The position numbers and the translations under genes were made by a program. The notes below the pieces were generated by a model. It did no database searches and had not been told where the DNA came from. It worked only from the letters and a program-made list of their open reading frames with translations. From NCBI GenBank assembly GCA_947631135.1, contig CANRKE010000002.1, positions 1 to 38,750 of the forward strand: 38,750 bases of DNA. Reading direction: 5' to 3'. This DNA comes from an uncultured Bacilli bacterium. Lineage in GTDB: Bacteria; Bacillota_I; Bacilli_A; RF39; UBA660. Below, piece by piece: positions 38,645 through 38,750 of the stretch; the first letter of the stretch is position 1; every line of letters begins with the position of its first letter.

Positions 38645-38750
38645 AATAATTAGGTTGCGAACATTATAGACAGTATGTTATTTATTTAAATAATAACTCA
38701 AAAAAAACAAGTTTTTTTAGTAGTGCATGACAAAATGAGTCACCGAAAAG

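Noticed and set aside
38645-38750. Terminal non-coding stretch after abiEii (GGTTGCGAACATTATAGACAG...TGCATGACAAAATGAGTCACCGAAAAG) as a possible att site or RNA gene.
   Set aside because: I could see no repeat partner elsewhere in the window and no recognisable RNA fold. The feature, if any, continues beyond the window edge.

Overview
Very AT-rich chromosomal segment using the standard bacterial code (long ORFs close normally on TAA, TAG and TGA). It looks like a spore-forming low-GC Bacillota, because dipicolinate synthase dpaAB is present. Most of the window is housekeeping: grpE-dnaK-(M3 oligoendopeptidase)-dnaJ, a U32 peptidase, membrane proteins, dpaB-dpaA, an M29 aminopeptidase, a DUF368 membrane protein placed divergently from a TagO/WecA-type transferase, pflB-pflA, a LiaF-like protein, rluA-like/rlmN/prpC/prkC/rsgA, and an acyl-AMP ligase. 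An AbiEi/AbiEii pair lies at the right end. Two things stand out. (1) A compact minus-strand RiPP-like cassette spans 25174..28896. It has a near-consensus promoter and an unlisted 40-aa Cys-rich precursor ORF (28697..28819, C-terminus SSCLCHCSDG) with a strong RBS. A hairpin follows, then radical SAM/SPASM enzyme A, a class I SAM methyltransferase and radical SAM/SPASM enzyme B. No protease, exporter or immunity gene is present. (2) There are three paralogous secreted proteins with a SipW/TasA-like signal and N-domain plus a conserved C-terminal module. Each is preceded by the same roughly 110-140 nt structured leader, which has a pairing-preserving helix, an inner hairpin and mutually exclusive antiterminator/terminator pairing. 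The leader also carries a G8 homopolymer and an embedded near-consensus Gram-positive SOS box, and a truncated fourth copy exists. I do not recognise this leader as a known riboswitch family. I saw no rRNA, tRNA, CRISPR array, transposase or integrase. All family assignments come from motif recognition by eye, and no database search was possible.
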